This document shows, piece by piece, positions 31,597 to 40,978 of a stretch of DNA of 51,442 bases; positions within the stretch are counted from its first letter, which is position 1; each line of letters starts with the position of its first letter. The stretch covers positions 1 to 51,442 of the forward strand of contig JAQTSG010000002.1 in assembly GCA_028711415.1 (NCBI GenBank), read 5' to 3'. Below the pieces are notes generated by a model. The model searched no databases. It saw only the letters and a list, made by a program, of their open reading frames with translations, and had not been told where the DNA came from. This DNA is from Patescibacteria group bacterium. Its GTDB lineage: Bacteria; Patescibacteriota; Patescibacteriia; Patescibacteriales; JAQTRU01. Both the position numbers and the translations under genes were made by a program.

Positions 31597-32607
31597 ATGA
31601 ATGAAAATATGATAAATTTAGACAACAAAACTATCTTAATAACAGGAGGAACGGGTTCTTTCGGAAGAAATTTCGTTAAGTATTTATTGGAAAATTTTTT
31701 AGTAAAAAAAGTTATTGTTTTTAGTCGTGATGAATTAAAACAATCGCAGATGCAGGCGGAAATTAAAGATGAAAGATTAAGATTTTTTCTCGGCGATGTC
31801 CGGGATCTGCAAAGATTGCAGAGGGCTTTTAACGGAGTTGATATAGTTATTCACGCTGCCGCTTTAAAGCAGGTGCCGACTCTGGAATATAACCCTTTTG
31901 AAGCGGTTAAGACTAATATTTTAGGCAGCCAAAACGTAGTCGATGCCGCTATTGATCAGGGTGTGGAAAAAGTAATTTTAATATCAACCGATAAGGCCGC
32001 GCAGCCGGTAAGTTTATACGGCTCCACTAAACTTTGCGCCGAAAAGCTCTTTATCAGCGGGAACGCCTATGCCGGCGGAAAAATTAAATTAGCTTGTGTG
32101 AGATATGGCAACGTTATCGGCAGCCGAGGCAGTATAGTTGAAACTTTGCTTGAGAAGAAGGCCGATAAGGTTTACATTACCGATAAAAGAATGACCCGTT
32201 TCTGGCTGTCCGTAGAAGAGAGCTTCCAATTAGTTTTATTCGCCCTGGATAATATGGTCGGCGGAGAAATTTTTATACCTAAAGTTCCCAGTATGAAGTT
32301 AGTTGATTTGTTTGAGGCCATTGCTCCCGGGATAGAGGAAGAAATTATCGGCATTCGACCGGGAGAAAAATTGCATGAAGTTTTACTTACCAAAGAAGAA
32401 GCTAAGCACGCCTTAGAGCTAGATAAATATTTTGTTATTTTACCGGAGTACGATGAGTTATTTGCTAAAGAAAAATCTAAAAAATTTAATAAGTATCTGG
32501 AAATTGGTAAAAAATTAACTGGAGATTTTTATTTTGGCAGCGAAAATAATGATAGATGGTTTACTAAAGAGGAATTTATTGCCATAACTAAAAAATTAAA
32601 TGTATGA
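31597..32607 (+). CDS. pseB: UDP-N-acetylglucosamine 4,6-dehydratase (inverting), PseB/FlaA1-like
   Basis: ILITGGTGSFG, VFSRDELKQ, FFLGDVRD, IHAAALKQVP..EYNPFEAVKTNI, STDKAAQPVSLYGSTKLCAEK. Confidence 0.85.
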   Translation: MNENMINLDNKTILITGGTGSFGRNFVKYLLENFLVKKVIVFSRDELKQSQMQAEIKDERLRFFLGDVRDLQRLQRAFNGVDIVIHAAALKQVPTLEYNPFEAVKTNILGSQNVVDAAIDQGVEKVILISTDKAAQPVSLYGSTKLCAEKLFISGNAYAGGKIKLACVRYGNVIGSRGSIVETLLEKKADKVYITDKRMTRFWLSVEESFQLVLFALDNMVGGEIFIPKVPSMKLVDLFEAIAPGIEEEIIGIRPGEKLHEVLLTKEEAKHALELDKYFVILPEYDELFAKEKSKKFNKYLEIGKKLTGDFYFGSENNDRWFTKEEFIAITKKLNV

Positions 32608-33722
32608 TACCCTACGGACACCAAAAAATAGATCAAAATGATATCAGGGAAGTAATAAAAGTCTTAAAATCCGATTGGCTTACGCAGGGGCCGAAAGTCT
32701 TAGAATTTGAGAAAGCTTTAGCTAAATATTGCGGAGCTAAATACGCGGTCGCTACCAGCAGTGGGACGGCAGCTTTACACCTAGCTTATTTAGCGGCTGG
32801 CCTTAAAAGGGGCGATGAAGTTATTACCACCCCCAACACCTTTGCCGCGACGAGCAATATGCTGCTGGCTGTCGGGGCGAAGCCGGTTTTTTGCGATATT
32901 AGATTAGATACCAATAATATTGATGAGAATAAAATTGAAGGATTGGTAGCTAAGAGAACCAGGGCCATTGTTCCCGTTCATTTCGCCGGTCAACCTTGCG
33001 AGATAGAGAAAATTAGTAAAATAGCCAAGAAATATAAGCTGGCAGTTATTGAAGACGCTTGCCATGCGCTTGGCGCTAAATATAAAAACAGTAAAATTGG
33101 CAATTGTAAATTTTCCGATATGGCCGTATTCAGTTTCCATCCGGTTAAATCAATTACGACGGGCGAGGGCGGCGCGGTTTTGACTAATAATGAAGAATAT
33201 TATAAGAAATTGATTTCTTTGCGCAGCCACGGTATCCATAAGGATGAAAAAGGCAAAAATGTTATGACTGAATTGGGTTATAATTACAGAATAACTGATA
33301 TTGCCGCCGCCTTGGGCATAAGCCAATTAAAAAAACTGGATGGATTTATTAAAGCCAGGCGTTTGGTTGCCGAATGGTATAAGAAAGAATTAAAAGATAT
33401 TAAAGAAATTATTTTGCCAGTTGAACTTCTCCATAATTATTCTGGTTGGCATATTTATGTGATTAGAGTAAAAGATAAAAAAGGGAGGGATGGGTTAATG
33501 GAATATTTAAAAGCCAATGGGGTCGGAGTTAATTTTCATTACCCGGCCGTTTACTCGCAGCCTTATTACCAAAAAAATGGCTACAGAAATATAGTTTTAA
33601 GAAAAACAGAGGAATATCAAAATTCTTGTATCACCTTGCCTTGCCATACTCAACTGACAAGAGCTGATATAAAATATGTTGCAAAGGTAATTAAGAAATT
33701 TTTTTCCGGACATGTTTATTAA
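32604..33722 (+). CDS. pseC: DegT/DnrJ/EryC1 aminotransferase, PseC-like
   Basis: IPYGHQKIDQNDIREVIKVLKSDWLTQGPKV and FSFHPVKSITTGEGG (PLP lysine). ATGA overlap with pseB. Confidence 0.8.
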   Translation: MIPYGHQKIDQNDIREVIKVLKSDWLTQGPKVLEFEKALAKYCGAKYAVATSSGTAALHLAYLAAGLKRGDEVITTPNTFAATSNMLLAVGAKPVFCDIRLDTNNIDENKIEGLVAKRTRAIVPVHFAGQPCEIEKISKIAKKYKLAVIEDACHALGAKYKNSKIGNCKFSDMAVFSFHPVKSITTGEGGAVLTNNEEYYKKLISLRSHGIHKDEKGKNVMTELGYNYRITDIAAALGISQLKKLDGFIKARRLVAEWYKKELKDIKEIILPVELLHNYSGWHIYVIRVKDKKGRDGLMEYLKANGVGVNFHYPAVYSQPYYQKNGYRNIVLRKTEEYQNSCITLPCHTQLTRADIKYVAKVIKKFFSGHVY

Positions 33723-33779
33723 TAATTTCCGGCTTACTATCTCCGGGAGTAAATAAAATATTAAGGTAAACGTTATCGT

Positions 33780-34832
33780 ATGATTATAAAAGAAATAGAA
33801 AAACCTAAACTAAGAAATTTAATCGGTTTGTCTGTTAAACATCATAGTGATGAAGATAAGATATCAAAAGAGAGTTTACTGAATAATATTAGATTTATTG
33901 GCTCGGGCAAGGGAGCGATAGCGCTTATTCTTGGGTATCTTACAGACAAAAAAATTATTGAAAATAAACTTAACGAAGTTATTGTCCCTGATTGGCTGGG
34001 ATATTGGGTTTATAATCAAATTCAACCGTTTGCCTTTCCGACTAAAGAATTTTCAGACAGAGCGAAGGTGATTATGGTTTATCATCAATATGGTTTTCCG
34101 CAGAATATGGATATAATTTTAGAATACGCGCGAGAGAAGAAACTAATTGTAATAGAAGACTGCGCTCATGTGATAGAAAGTTATTACAAGGGGAAAAAAC
34201 TCGGCACTTTCGGTGATTTTTCTTTTAATAGCTTCGGTAAATGGCTGCCTTGTTTTATTTTAGGCGGAGTGGAATCAAAATTTGATGATTTTAATACTTA
34301 TGTTGATAAAGCGTTATTAAACGTTCCTCTCGGCCTTACCCTATTAAAAGATTCGGCTAAGTTTTTGCATGAGAGAAGTAAATTTTCCAGATTTTATAGC
34401 TTTGAAAAATACGCTCGACTTTTTATAACCATGTCTTATGCTTTATATGGAAAGGCCCTAAAACCCAGCCGTTTAGCCATACGCCTTTTTCTTTCCAATA
34501 TAGAGCGCGAGGTTAATATACGTCAAAAACGTTATAGTTATTTTCTAAAGAGCGTTGAAAATTTAGGGATATGCGACCATCTAGAGCCAGATGGAATTAC
34601 TCCATATATAATTCCTCTTTATTGCCAGGAAAACAAAAGGTTAAGAATAGTAAAAAAGTTGAGAGATCGGGGGGTAGAGGCGAATCTATATAATTTTGAT
34701 ATTAAAAGAAACCTTTTATCTCCGCAGTTTGTGCCGTGCGTTTGCCTTCCTTGCCATGCCGGAATTTCCGATGAAACTTTCAGCGATATGACGGATATAA
34801 TTATTAAGGAAAATACTAAAAATAATATTTAA
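33780..34832 (+). CDS. Divergent DegT-like PLP-fold protein
   Basis: GSGKGAIALILGY, VIEDCAHVIES, FSFNSFGKWLP..GG align loosely to DegT motifs. Low similarity. Confidence 0.4.
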   Translation: MIIKEIEKPKLRNLIGLSVKHHSDEDKISKESLLNNIRFIGSGKGAIALILGYLTDKKIIENKLNEVIVPDWLGYWVYNQIQPFAFPTKEFSDRAKVIMVYHQYGFPQNMDIILEYAREKKLIVIEDCAHVIESYYKGKKLGTFGDFSFNSFGKWLPCFILGGVESKFDDFNTYVDKALLNVPLGLTLLKDSAKFLHERSKFSRFYSFEKYARLFITMSYALYGKALKPSRLAIRLFLSNIEREVNIRQKRYSYFLKSVENLGICDHLEPDGITPYIIPLYCQENKRLRIVKKLRDRGVEANLYNFDIKRNLLSPQFVPCVCLPCHAGISDETFSDMTDIIIKENTKNNI

Positions 34833-34838
34833 TAAAAT

Positions 34839-35924
34839 ATGGGTTTTAAAATCATTAAATTAACCGAAGACAAAAATCAAGACTGGGATAAATTTTGTTT
34901 AGAGAGCAGGGATGCCTGGTTTTGGCAGACGAGCGGCTGGCTTGAATATATCTTAAATTATCAGCCGTCTCTGGCTACGGAAAATTTTAGCTTTTTTGTC
35001 CTTCGCGGCGATAAAATCAGGGCGATAGTACCCTTAACGCGCGAGACGGTAAGAACGGATAAGGGGAAGGTTTATGAATTTTCTTTCGGTGGCCGGGGTA
35101 TTCCGGCGCCGGCCCTTGATAATTCTTTAAACCGGTCCGACAGGGAATTGGTTTACAAGTTAATTTTTTCCGAAGTAGATCGTTTGGCCGTTGCCAACGG
35201 AGTTAAACGCGCCGTTTTCAGGCAAGTGCCGATTTCTGACAGTTTTTTAAATAATAAATTCTCCTTTAATTATTTTTTGAAATATGGTTTCATCGACGCA
35301 TCTTTAAATACTTGCCTGATTAATCTGGGGAAAACTGAAGATGAATTATTGCATGATTTAAGGCGAAATCATCTGCGTAGCATTAAAAAAGCCAATAATC
35401 TTAAAATTGTAATTTATAATGAGAAAAATATTACGGAAGAAATTTTTTTGGCTTACAAGAAAATGCATTATTTAGCCGCCGGCAAACAAACCCGGCCTGA
35501 TAAAACCTTTAATCTTATGTATGAATGGGCAAGGGCTGGATTGGGTTTTTTGGCGGTTGCTGAAATTTCTGGCCGGCCAGTCGGTTTTGAATATTATTCA
35601 GTATATAAAGATAACGTTTATGGGTTTTCCGCCGCCAATGACCCGGAAGTTGAGAAAGACTTGCCTATCCGCCATGCTTTGGAATGGGAGGCAATCTTAT
35701 GGATGAAACATCAGGGGTTCCATTTTTATGAAATTGGTCAGCAGCAATACGGTCCTTTGCTTTATGATTTTCCCGATCAGAAAAAATTAAATATTTCTCA
35801 TTTTAAAAAGGGTTTTGGCGGCTTTACCGCGCCTCTGTTTATTGGCGAAAAATATTATGATAAGCAATACTTTTTAAAAATGTATCAGGAGAGAATAAAT
35901 AAATACGCGGATTTGATAAAGTAA
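34839..35924 (+). CDS. FemAB-family / GNAT-fold acyl(aminoacyl)transferase-like protein
   Basis: About 360 aa, two-lobed. FWQTSGWLEY and LRRNHLRSIKKA resemble FemAB-type proteins. Pattern-level call only. Confidence 0.45.
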   Translation: MGFKIIKLTEDKNQDWDKFCLESRDAWFWQTSGWLEYILNYQPSLATENFSFFVLRGDKIRAIVPLTRETVRTDKGKVYEFSFGGRGIPAPALDNSLNRSDRELVYKLIFSEVDRLAVANGVKRAVFRQVPISDSFLNNKFSFNYFLKYGFIDASLNTCLINLGKTEDELLHDLRRNHLRSIKKANNLKIVIYNEKNITEEIFLAYKKMHYLAAGKQTRPDKTFNLMYEWARAGLGFLAVAEISGRPVGFEYYSVYKDNVYGFSAANDPEVEKDLPIRHALEWEAILWMKHQGFHFYEIGQQQYGPLLYDFPDQKKLNISHFKKGFGGFTAPLFIGEKYYDKQYFLKMYQERINKYADLIK

Positions 35925-35930
35925 AATTAT

Positions 35931-36050
35931 TCACCCGGTTAGAGATTCGGTTAGCTATAAAGAATAACAAAATTTTTAGCCGGAAAATATTTTTAAAAAG
36001 ATAAAACATTATTATGGAGAAAAAAGAAAAAAAAATTTCTAACGGAGTGA
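35931..36050. repeat. Inverted-repeat bracket copy E (CCCGGTTAGAGAT 35934-35946 / ATTTCTAACGGAG 36035-36047)
   Basis: The upstream arm starts 7 nt after the preceding stop. The downstream arm lies in codons 8-12 of the oxidoreductase. Confidence 0.8.
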
Positions 36051-36994
36051 ATAAAAATAGCAAAATTTTAATAATCGGATTTGGTTCTATCGGCCAGCGG
36101 CATCGCAAGAATTTACAAAGATTAGGTTTTAGAAACGTGTATGTTTATGATATTGATAAAGAAAGAATTAAGAATTATGAATTAAGAATTAAGAATATAG
36201 ATGTAGATAATTTAAAACAGTTTAATATTATTTTTGTTTGCAATCCGAACAATCTGCATATAAAGACCGCTCTCTTGGCGGCCAAAGCCGGGTGCCACCT
36301 TTTTATTGAAAAGCCCTTATCAAATCAGATGAAGGACGTAAATATTTTACAGAGAATTTGCCAGCGTAAAAGATTAATTAATATGGTGGCCTGCAATATG
36401 CGCTTTCATCCCGGCCCGCGATTTATTAAAAACTACTTAGATAAAAATAAGTTAGGCAAAGTTTATGGCATTCAACTGCAAGCCGGTTATTACTTGCCGT
36501 ATTGGCGGCCGGAACAAGATTACCGAAAGGGCTATGCCGCCAAAGCCAAAACCGGCGGAGGCATTATTTTGGATGGCGGAATTCATAATTTTGATTTACT
36601 TTTCTGGCTAAACAATTTTTCTTCAGTAAATAAAGCCGAATTAATCTATGACAAGATAAGCGATTTGCAAATAGAGACTGAAGATAGTTTTATCGCCTCT
36701 TTTAAATTTAAAAATAAAGTATTGGGGTCGGTTATCGGCGACTATTTGCAGAGGTCATATTCCTGGACCAGCAAAATAGTCGGCGCCAAAGGCAATCTTG
36801 AATGGGACTTTAAGGAAAATATTGTTTGGCTGATTAATGAAAAAGGGAAAAAAATACTGAAACAATTTAAAAATTATGATTCAAATGAAATGTATTTGGA
36901 TGAATTCAGATATTTTATGAAGCAGGTTGAGAGAAAGCAAAAAACCTTCAATGACATAGCCAGAGCGGCCGAAATTTTAAAAAATTTAAGATAA
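36014..36994 (+). CDS. Gfo/Idh/MocA family oxidoreductase
   Basis: KILIIGFGSIGQRH Rossmann motif and EKPL motif (FIEKPLS). An alternative in-frame GTG start lies at 36047. Confidence 0.8.
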   Translation: MEKKEKKISNGVNKNSKILIIGFGSIGQRHRKNLQRLGFRNVYVYDIDKERIKNYELRIKNIDVDNLKQFNIIFVCNPNNLHIKTALLAAKAGCHLFIEKPLSNQMKDVNILQRICQRKRLINMVACNMRFHPGPRFIKNYLDKNKLGKVYGIQLQAGYYLPYWRPEQDYRKGYAAKAKTGGGIILDGGIHNFDLLFWLNNFSSVNKAELIYDKISDLQIETEDSFIASFKFKNKVLGSVIGDYLQRSYSWTSKIVGAKGNLEWDFKENIVWLINEKGKKILKQFKNYDSNEMYLDEFRYFMKQVERKQKTFNDIARAAEILKNLR

Positions 36995-36998
36995 ATTT

Positions 36999-37790
36999 AT
37001 GGCGGTAAAAAATTTATGTATTATTCAGGCAAGATATGGTTCAAACAGGTTGCCGGGCAAGGTCCTTCTGCCCCTGGGCGGGAAAACTGTCATTGAGCAG
37101 GTTATATCGCGGGTAGGGCAAGCCAAAAAGATTGACCACCGCCAAGGCGGGACAGGCAAAATTATTTTAGCCACCACGACCAAGGAAGAAGATGACGCCC
37201 TGGAAAAAATATGCCCAAAAGCGGGAGTTGATTGTTTCCGCGGCAGCGAAGATGATGTCTTGGACAGGTATTACCAGGCGGCTAAAAAATTTAAAGCCGA
37301 AAATATTATCAGAATAACCGGCGATTGCCCGCTTATTGATCCGGAGATAATAGACAAAGTAGTTGATTTATATGAAAAGAGCGGCGTTGATTACGCCACT
37401 AACGTTATCCCGCCAACTTTTCCTGATGGTCTGGACACGGAAATTTTTTCTTTTGCCGCTTTGGAAAAAGCTTGGCGGGAAACCAACCTTGCCTCGCAAA
37501 GGGAGCATGTTACCATCTATCTTTGGCAGAATCCGGAAATTTTTAAGCAGATTCATCTGAAAAACGATATTAATTTATCAAAACGTCGCTGGGTTTTGGA
37601 CAATCCGGAAGATTATGAATTTATGAAACTGGTTTATTCTAAATTATATCCGGCGAAACCGAATTTTAATCTGGCTGATTTATTGAAGTTTTTCGCGGAC
37701 AATCCGGAAATTGAAAAGATAAATAATATGATTAAGAGAAATGAAGGGCTGAAAAAATCCTTGGAAGAAGATAAAATTATTAAAAAATAA
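36999..37790 (+). CDS. Cytidylyltransferase, SpsF/NeuA (CTP_transf_3) family, candidate CMP-nonulosonate synthase
   Basis: CIIQARYGSNRLPGKVLLPLGGKTVIEQVISRV, FRGSEDDVLDRY, RITGDCPLIDP. Confidence 0.8.
   Translation: MAVKNLCIIQARYGSNRLPGKVLLPLGGKTVIEQVISRVGQAKKIDHRQGGTGKIILATTTKEEDDALEKICPKAGVDCFRGSEDDVLDRYYQAAKKFKAENIIRITGDCPLIDPEIIDKVVDLYEKSGVDYATNVIPPTFPDGLDTEIFSFAALEKAWRETNLASQREHVTIYLWQNPEIFKQIHLKNDINLSKRRWVLDNPEDYEFMKLVYSKLYPAKPNFNLADLLKFFADNPEIEKINNMIKRNEGLKKSLEEDKIIKK
37137..37153. repeat. 17-nt GC-rich palindromic element caccgccaaggcgggac (copy 2, inside the cytidylyltransferase)
   Basis: Identical to 5711-5727 but read in a different frame (HRQGGT). Sits where SpsF-like proteins, as I recall them, go directly from the KxxD segment to the (I/V)VATT strand. 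Confidence 0.85.
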
Positions 37791-37804
37791 TTTAAGAAAA
37801 TAAT

Positions 37805-39094
37805 ATGAAATTTGATAAATCCAGGGCATTATTAAAACAAGCGAAAAAATTAATCCCCAACGCCAGCCAGACTTTAAGCAAGGGCTATAAGATGTTTCTT
37901 GAGGGCGATTTTCCTTTATTCGTTTCGCGGGCTAAAGGATGTTATATCTGGGACGTGGACGGCAATAAGTATATAGATTATACCTGCGCTTTGGCGCCGA
38001 TTGTAATCGGCTATAGCCACGATGAAATTAACCGGGCCATTACCAGGCAGCTTAAAGATGGCATCACCTTTTCCCTGCCCCATAAAATTGAAGTGGAGCT
38101 GGCGAGAAAATTAGTTGAAATTATCCCTTGCGCCGAGATGGTCCGTTTTGCCAAAAACGGCATGGATGTAACTTCGGCCGCGGTGCGCATCGCCCGGGCT
38201 TATACGGGCAAGGATATAATTTTAAGAGGCGGTTATCATGGCGGTCAGGATTGGTATTTAGCCAGCCAGCCGCCGCAGGACTGGGGCGTGCCCAAAGTAT
38301 TGAAAAAATATATTGAGGTTTTTAAATATAACGATATCGCCGATTTAAAAGCAAAAATCGTAAAGCATAAAAATAAAATTGCCGCCGTTATCATGGAGCC
38401 GGTGCCTATGGAAGATCCCAAAAAGGGTTATCTTGAAGCGGTGAGAAGAATTACCCGCCAAAACGGCATCCTGCTTATCTTTGACGAGATTGTTACCGGC
38501 TTCAGGATGGCGCCAGGCGGGGCGCAGGAATATTATAAGGTCGTGCCGGATTTGGCCTGCTTCGGCAAAGCCATGGCTAATGGCATGCCTATCTCCTGCG
38601 TTGTCGGTAAAAAAGAGATAATGGCTAAAACCGAAGGCGTTTTTCTTTCAACAACTTTTGGCGGAGAAACCCTATCTATGGCTTCGGCCATAGCCACGAT
38701 TGATTTTATTAAAAAGCATGATGTTTTAAAGCATAACTGGCGTGTGGGGAAAATGCTGTATGACGGCTTAAATAAGCTGATTGATAAATATAAAATTAAC
38801 GCCCATCTGATCGGCCAAGTCTTTAAGTTTAAGATTATTTTTAATGATTCAACGGGGCGCGAGTCAAACGTAAAAAAATTATTTTTTTTGCAGCAGGCGG
38901 CGTTTAGAGGCGTCTTCTATGGCACCTCGACCGAATGCAATTACAGCCACCAGCCAAAAGATATCGCCCTTACTCTGAAAGCGTCGGAAGAAGTTTTTAA
39001 GATAATGAGGGCTAATGGCGACGATGAAATAAAAATAAAGAAATTAATCAAAGGCAAAATTCCGGTTAATAAATTTTACAGGGACCAGCGATGA
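37805..39094 (+). CDS. Class III aminotransferase (glutamate-1-semialdehyde aminomutase-like)
   Basis: DVDGNKYIDY, AEMVRFAKNGMDVTSAAVRIARAYTG, FDEIVTGFR, FGKAMANG (PLP lysine). Confidence 0.8.
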   Translation: MKFDKSRALLKQAKKLIPNASQTLSKGYKMFLEGDFPLFVSRAKGCYIWDVDGNKYIDYTCALAPIVIGYSHDEINRAITRQLKDGITFSLPHKIEVELARKLVEIIPCAEMVRFAKNGMDVTSAAVRIARAYTGKDIILRGGYHGGQDWYLASQPPQDWGVPKVLKKYIEVFKYNDIADLKAKIVKHKNKIAAVIMEPVPMEDPKKGYLEAVRRITRQNGILLIFDEIVTGFRMAPGGAQEYYKVVPDLACFGKAMANGMPISCVVGKKEIMAKTEGVFLSTTFGGETLSMASAIATIDFIKKHDVLKHNWRVGKMLYDGLNKLIDKYKINAHLIGQVFKFKIIFNDSTGRESNVKKLFFLQQAAFRGVFYGTSTECNYSHQPKDIALTLKASEEVFKIMRANGDDEIKIKKLIKGKIPVNKFYRDQR

Positions 39095-39786
39095 AAGTTT
39101 CAATTTTTCAGCCAACTTATCTGTCTTGGCTCGGTTTCTATAAAGCCATTGCTTGGGCTGATAAGTTTATATTTTTAGATGATGTGCAATTTGAAAATCA
39201 TTCCTGGCAGAGCCGGAACCGGATAAAATCGGCCGCGGGCGAATTAGTATTAACCGTGCCGATCATTAGGAATTTTCCGCAAAACATCAATCAGGTAAAG
39301 ATAAATTATTCCCGCGATTGGACAAAAGACCATTTAAAATCTATCCGGATGAATTACAGCCGGGCGAATTTTTTCAAGGAGTTTTTTCCATTATTAGAGT
39401 CTTTTTATGAAACTAAACCAGCAGGCTTGTTGGAGCTGAATGTGGAAATTGTAAAGGGGATATGTAAATTTTTAGACATAAAAACCGATTTCTACTTTTC
39501 TTCTGATTTGGGCGCAGGCGATTTACAAAAAAATAAAAAAATTGTAGCGATATTAAAAAAGATGGAAGCTAGCCAATATTTGTATGCCGAAGGAGCTTGG
39601 GGATATATGGAAAAAGAAATAGATCTTTACCGGAATAATAAAATTCAGTTAACTCCGTTAAAATTTATTCATCCCGTTTACAACCAGCTGCATGGAGAAT
39701 TTATTCCTTATCTCTCGGTTATAGATTTAATTTTTAACCGCGGCCAAGCCGGGGCCTCGGCGATAATAAAAAATATTAAATTATAA
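39091..39786 (+). CDS. WbqC family protein
   Basis: MKVSIFQPTYLSWLGFYKAIAWADKFIFLDDVQFENHSWQSRNRIKS..LTVPI is characteristic. ATGA overlap with the upstream gene. Confidence 0.75.
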   Translation: MKVSIFQPTYLSWLGFYKAIAWADKFIFLDDVQFENHSWQSRNRIKSAAGELVLTVPIIRNFPQNINQVKINYSRDWTKDHLKSIRMNYSRANFFKEFFPLLESFYETKPAGLLELNVEIVKGICKFLDIKTDFYFSSDLGAGDLQKNKKIVAILKKMEASQYLYAEGAWGYMEKEIDLYRNNKIQLTPLKFIHPVYNQLHGEFIPYLSVIDLIFNRGQAGASAIIKNIKL

Positions 39787-39796
39787 AGATAAAGCC

Positions 39797-40966
39797 ATGC
39801 CATCAACAAAATCTAAAAATAAAAGGGTAAAAGAAATAAAAGAGGACATAGTCAAAGATTATAATTATCTGAATTTTCTTTATAACGCCACTCATCCGAA
39901 AGCTTACTGCTCAAGCCCGCCGCATCAGGTTTATATTGAAGCGACTAATGTTTGCAATCTTCGCTGTTCGCATTGCCCGCAAAGCACGATGAGAAGGAGG
40001 CCCCAGTATATGGATATCGGGCTGTTTGAGAAAATAATTAAAGAATTGTCTCCGTCTAAACCATTTATTGACTTATATCTTCAGGGCGAATCGTTGCTCC
40101 ATCCTAAAATAGTTGAAATGGTAAAAATATCGCGGGATTATGGATTATTGCCGAGAATAACCACGAACGCCACCTTATTAAAAAAAGAGTTGTCAAAAAA
40201 ATTAATAGCCGCCGGTTTGAATAAAATTGAATTTTCAATGAGCGGAGCGACAAAAAAAACGTATGAGGATATTCATCGAGGGGCGATTTTTGAAAAAACC
40301 TTAAATAATGTTTTGGACTTTTTAGAATTAAACGCCGAAGCCGGTTTTCCTGTCCATACCCGGTCTGTTTTTGTTGAAGAAGTTAAAACGAAAAGCGATA
40401 AAGAAAGATATTATAAATTATTCTCTAAATTGCCGCTGGACGATGTGTATGTAAGCCCGTTAATAAATATGTTCGGCTGGAATAAGGAAATTGATTTAAA
40501 TCCTTTTAAAAAATTGCCTAAAGAAAGGTGGCCGATATGCAAATGCCCATGGCGGCAATTTGGCATTAATGCCGATGGCACGGTAAGGGCTTGCATTTTT
40601 GACTATGACTCCCGCTATTTAATCGGAGACGCCAACAAAGAAAATATAAGGGATATCTGGAACAGTAAAAAGATGCAAAAGTTTCGTCAAACGGTTGTTG
40701 ACAGGCGATATGAGGATTTTGACAAGCCGGGCCTGCCGCTTTGCACCGAATGCAGCCAGATTTGGCCGACGGGCAATAAATCCAGCGATTCAACCCAGTT
40801 TCCCCAGGATTTTATCAAAGAAATGGAAGCTTTTTTTGGCAAAAAGCAGCCGACGCTTAAAGCGAAATATTCGGATTATGAAACCAAAAACAAAAAAGCC
40901 GGGTATTTAAAAAAGCATCGGGATGAATGGATGGCGGAAGCCAGGGGAGAGAAAGAAATTTCTTAA
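39797..40966 (+). CDS. Radical SAM / SPASM domain protein
   Basis: EATNVCNLRCSHCPQ (CX3CX2C). C-terminal CKCPWRQFGINADGTVRACIFDY...LCTECSQ auxiliary cluster motifs. Confidence 0.8.
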   Translation: MPSTKSKNKRVKEIKEDIVKDYNYLNFLYNATHPKAYCSSPPHQVYIEATNVCNLRCSHCPQSTMRRRPQYMDIGLFEKIIKELSPSKPFIDLYLQGESLLHPKIVEMVKISRDYGLLPRITTNATLLKKELSKKLIAAGLNKIEFSMSGATKKTYEDIHRGAIFEKTLNNVLDFLELNAEAGFPVHTRSVFVEEVKTKSDKERYYKLFSKLPLDDVYVSPLINMFGWNKEIDLNPFKKLPKERWPICKCPWRQFGINADGTVRACIFDYDSRYLIGDANKENIRDIWNSKKMQKFRQTVVDRRYEDFDKPGLPLCTECSQIWPTGNKSSDSTQFPQDFIKEMEAFFGKKQPTLKAKYSDYETKNKKAGYLKKHRDEWMAEARGEKEIS

Positions 40967-40978
40967 TTTGATAAACTT

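Noticed and set aside
39092-39094. Alternative genetic code with TGA recoded, as in some candidate phyla
   Set aside because: TGA ends well-delimited genes at 20210-20212, 32605-32607 and 39092-39094, each with an overlapping ATG of the next gene. Family-length proteins are obtained with the standard code.
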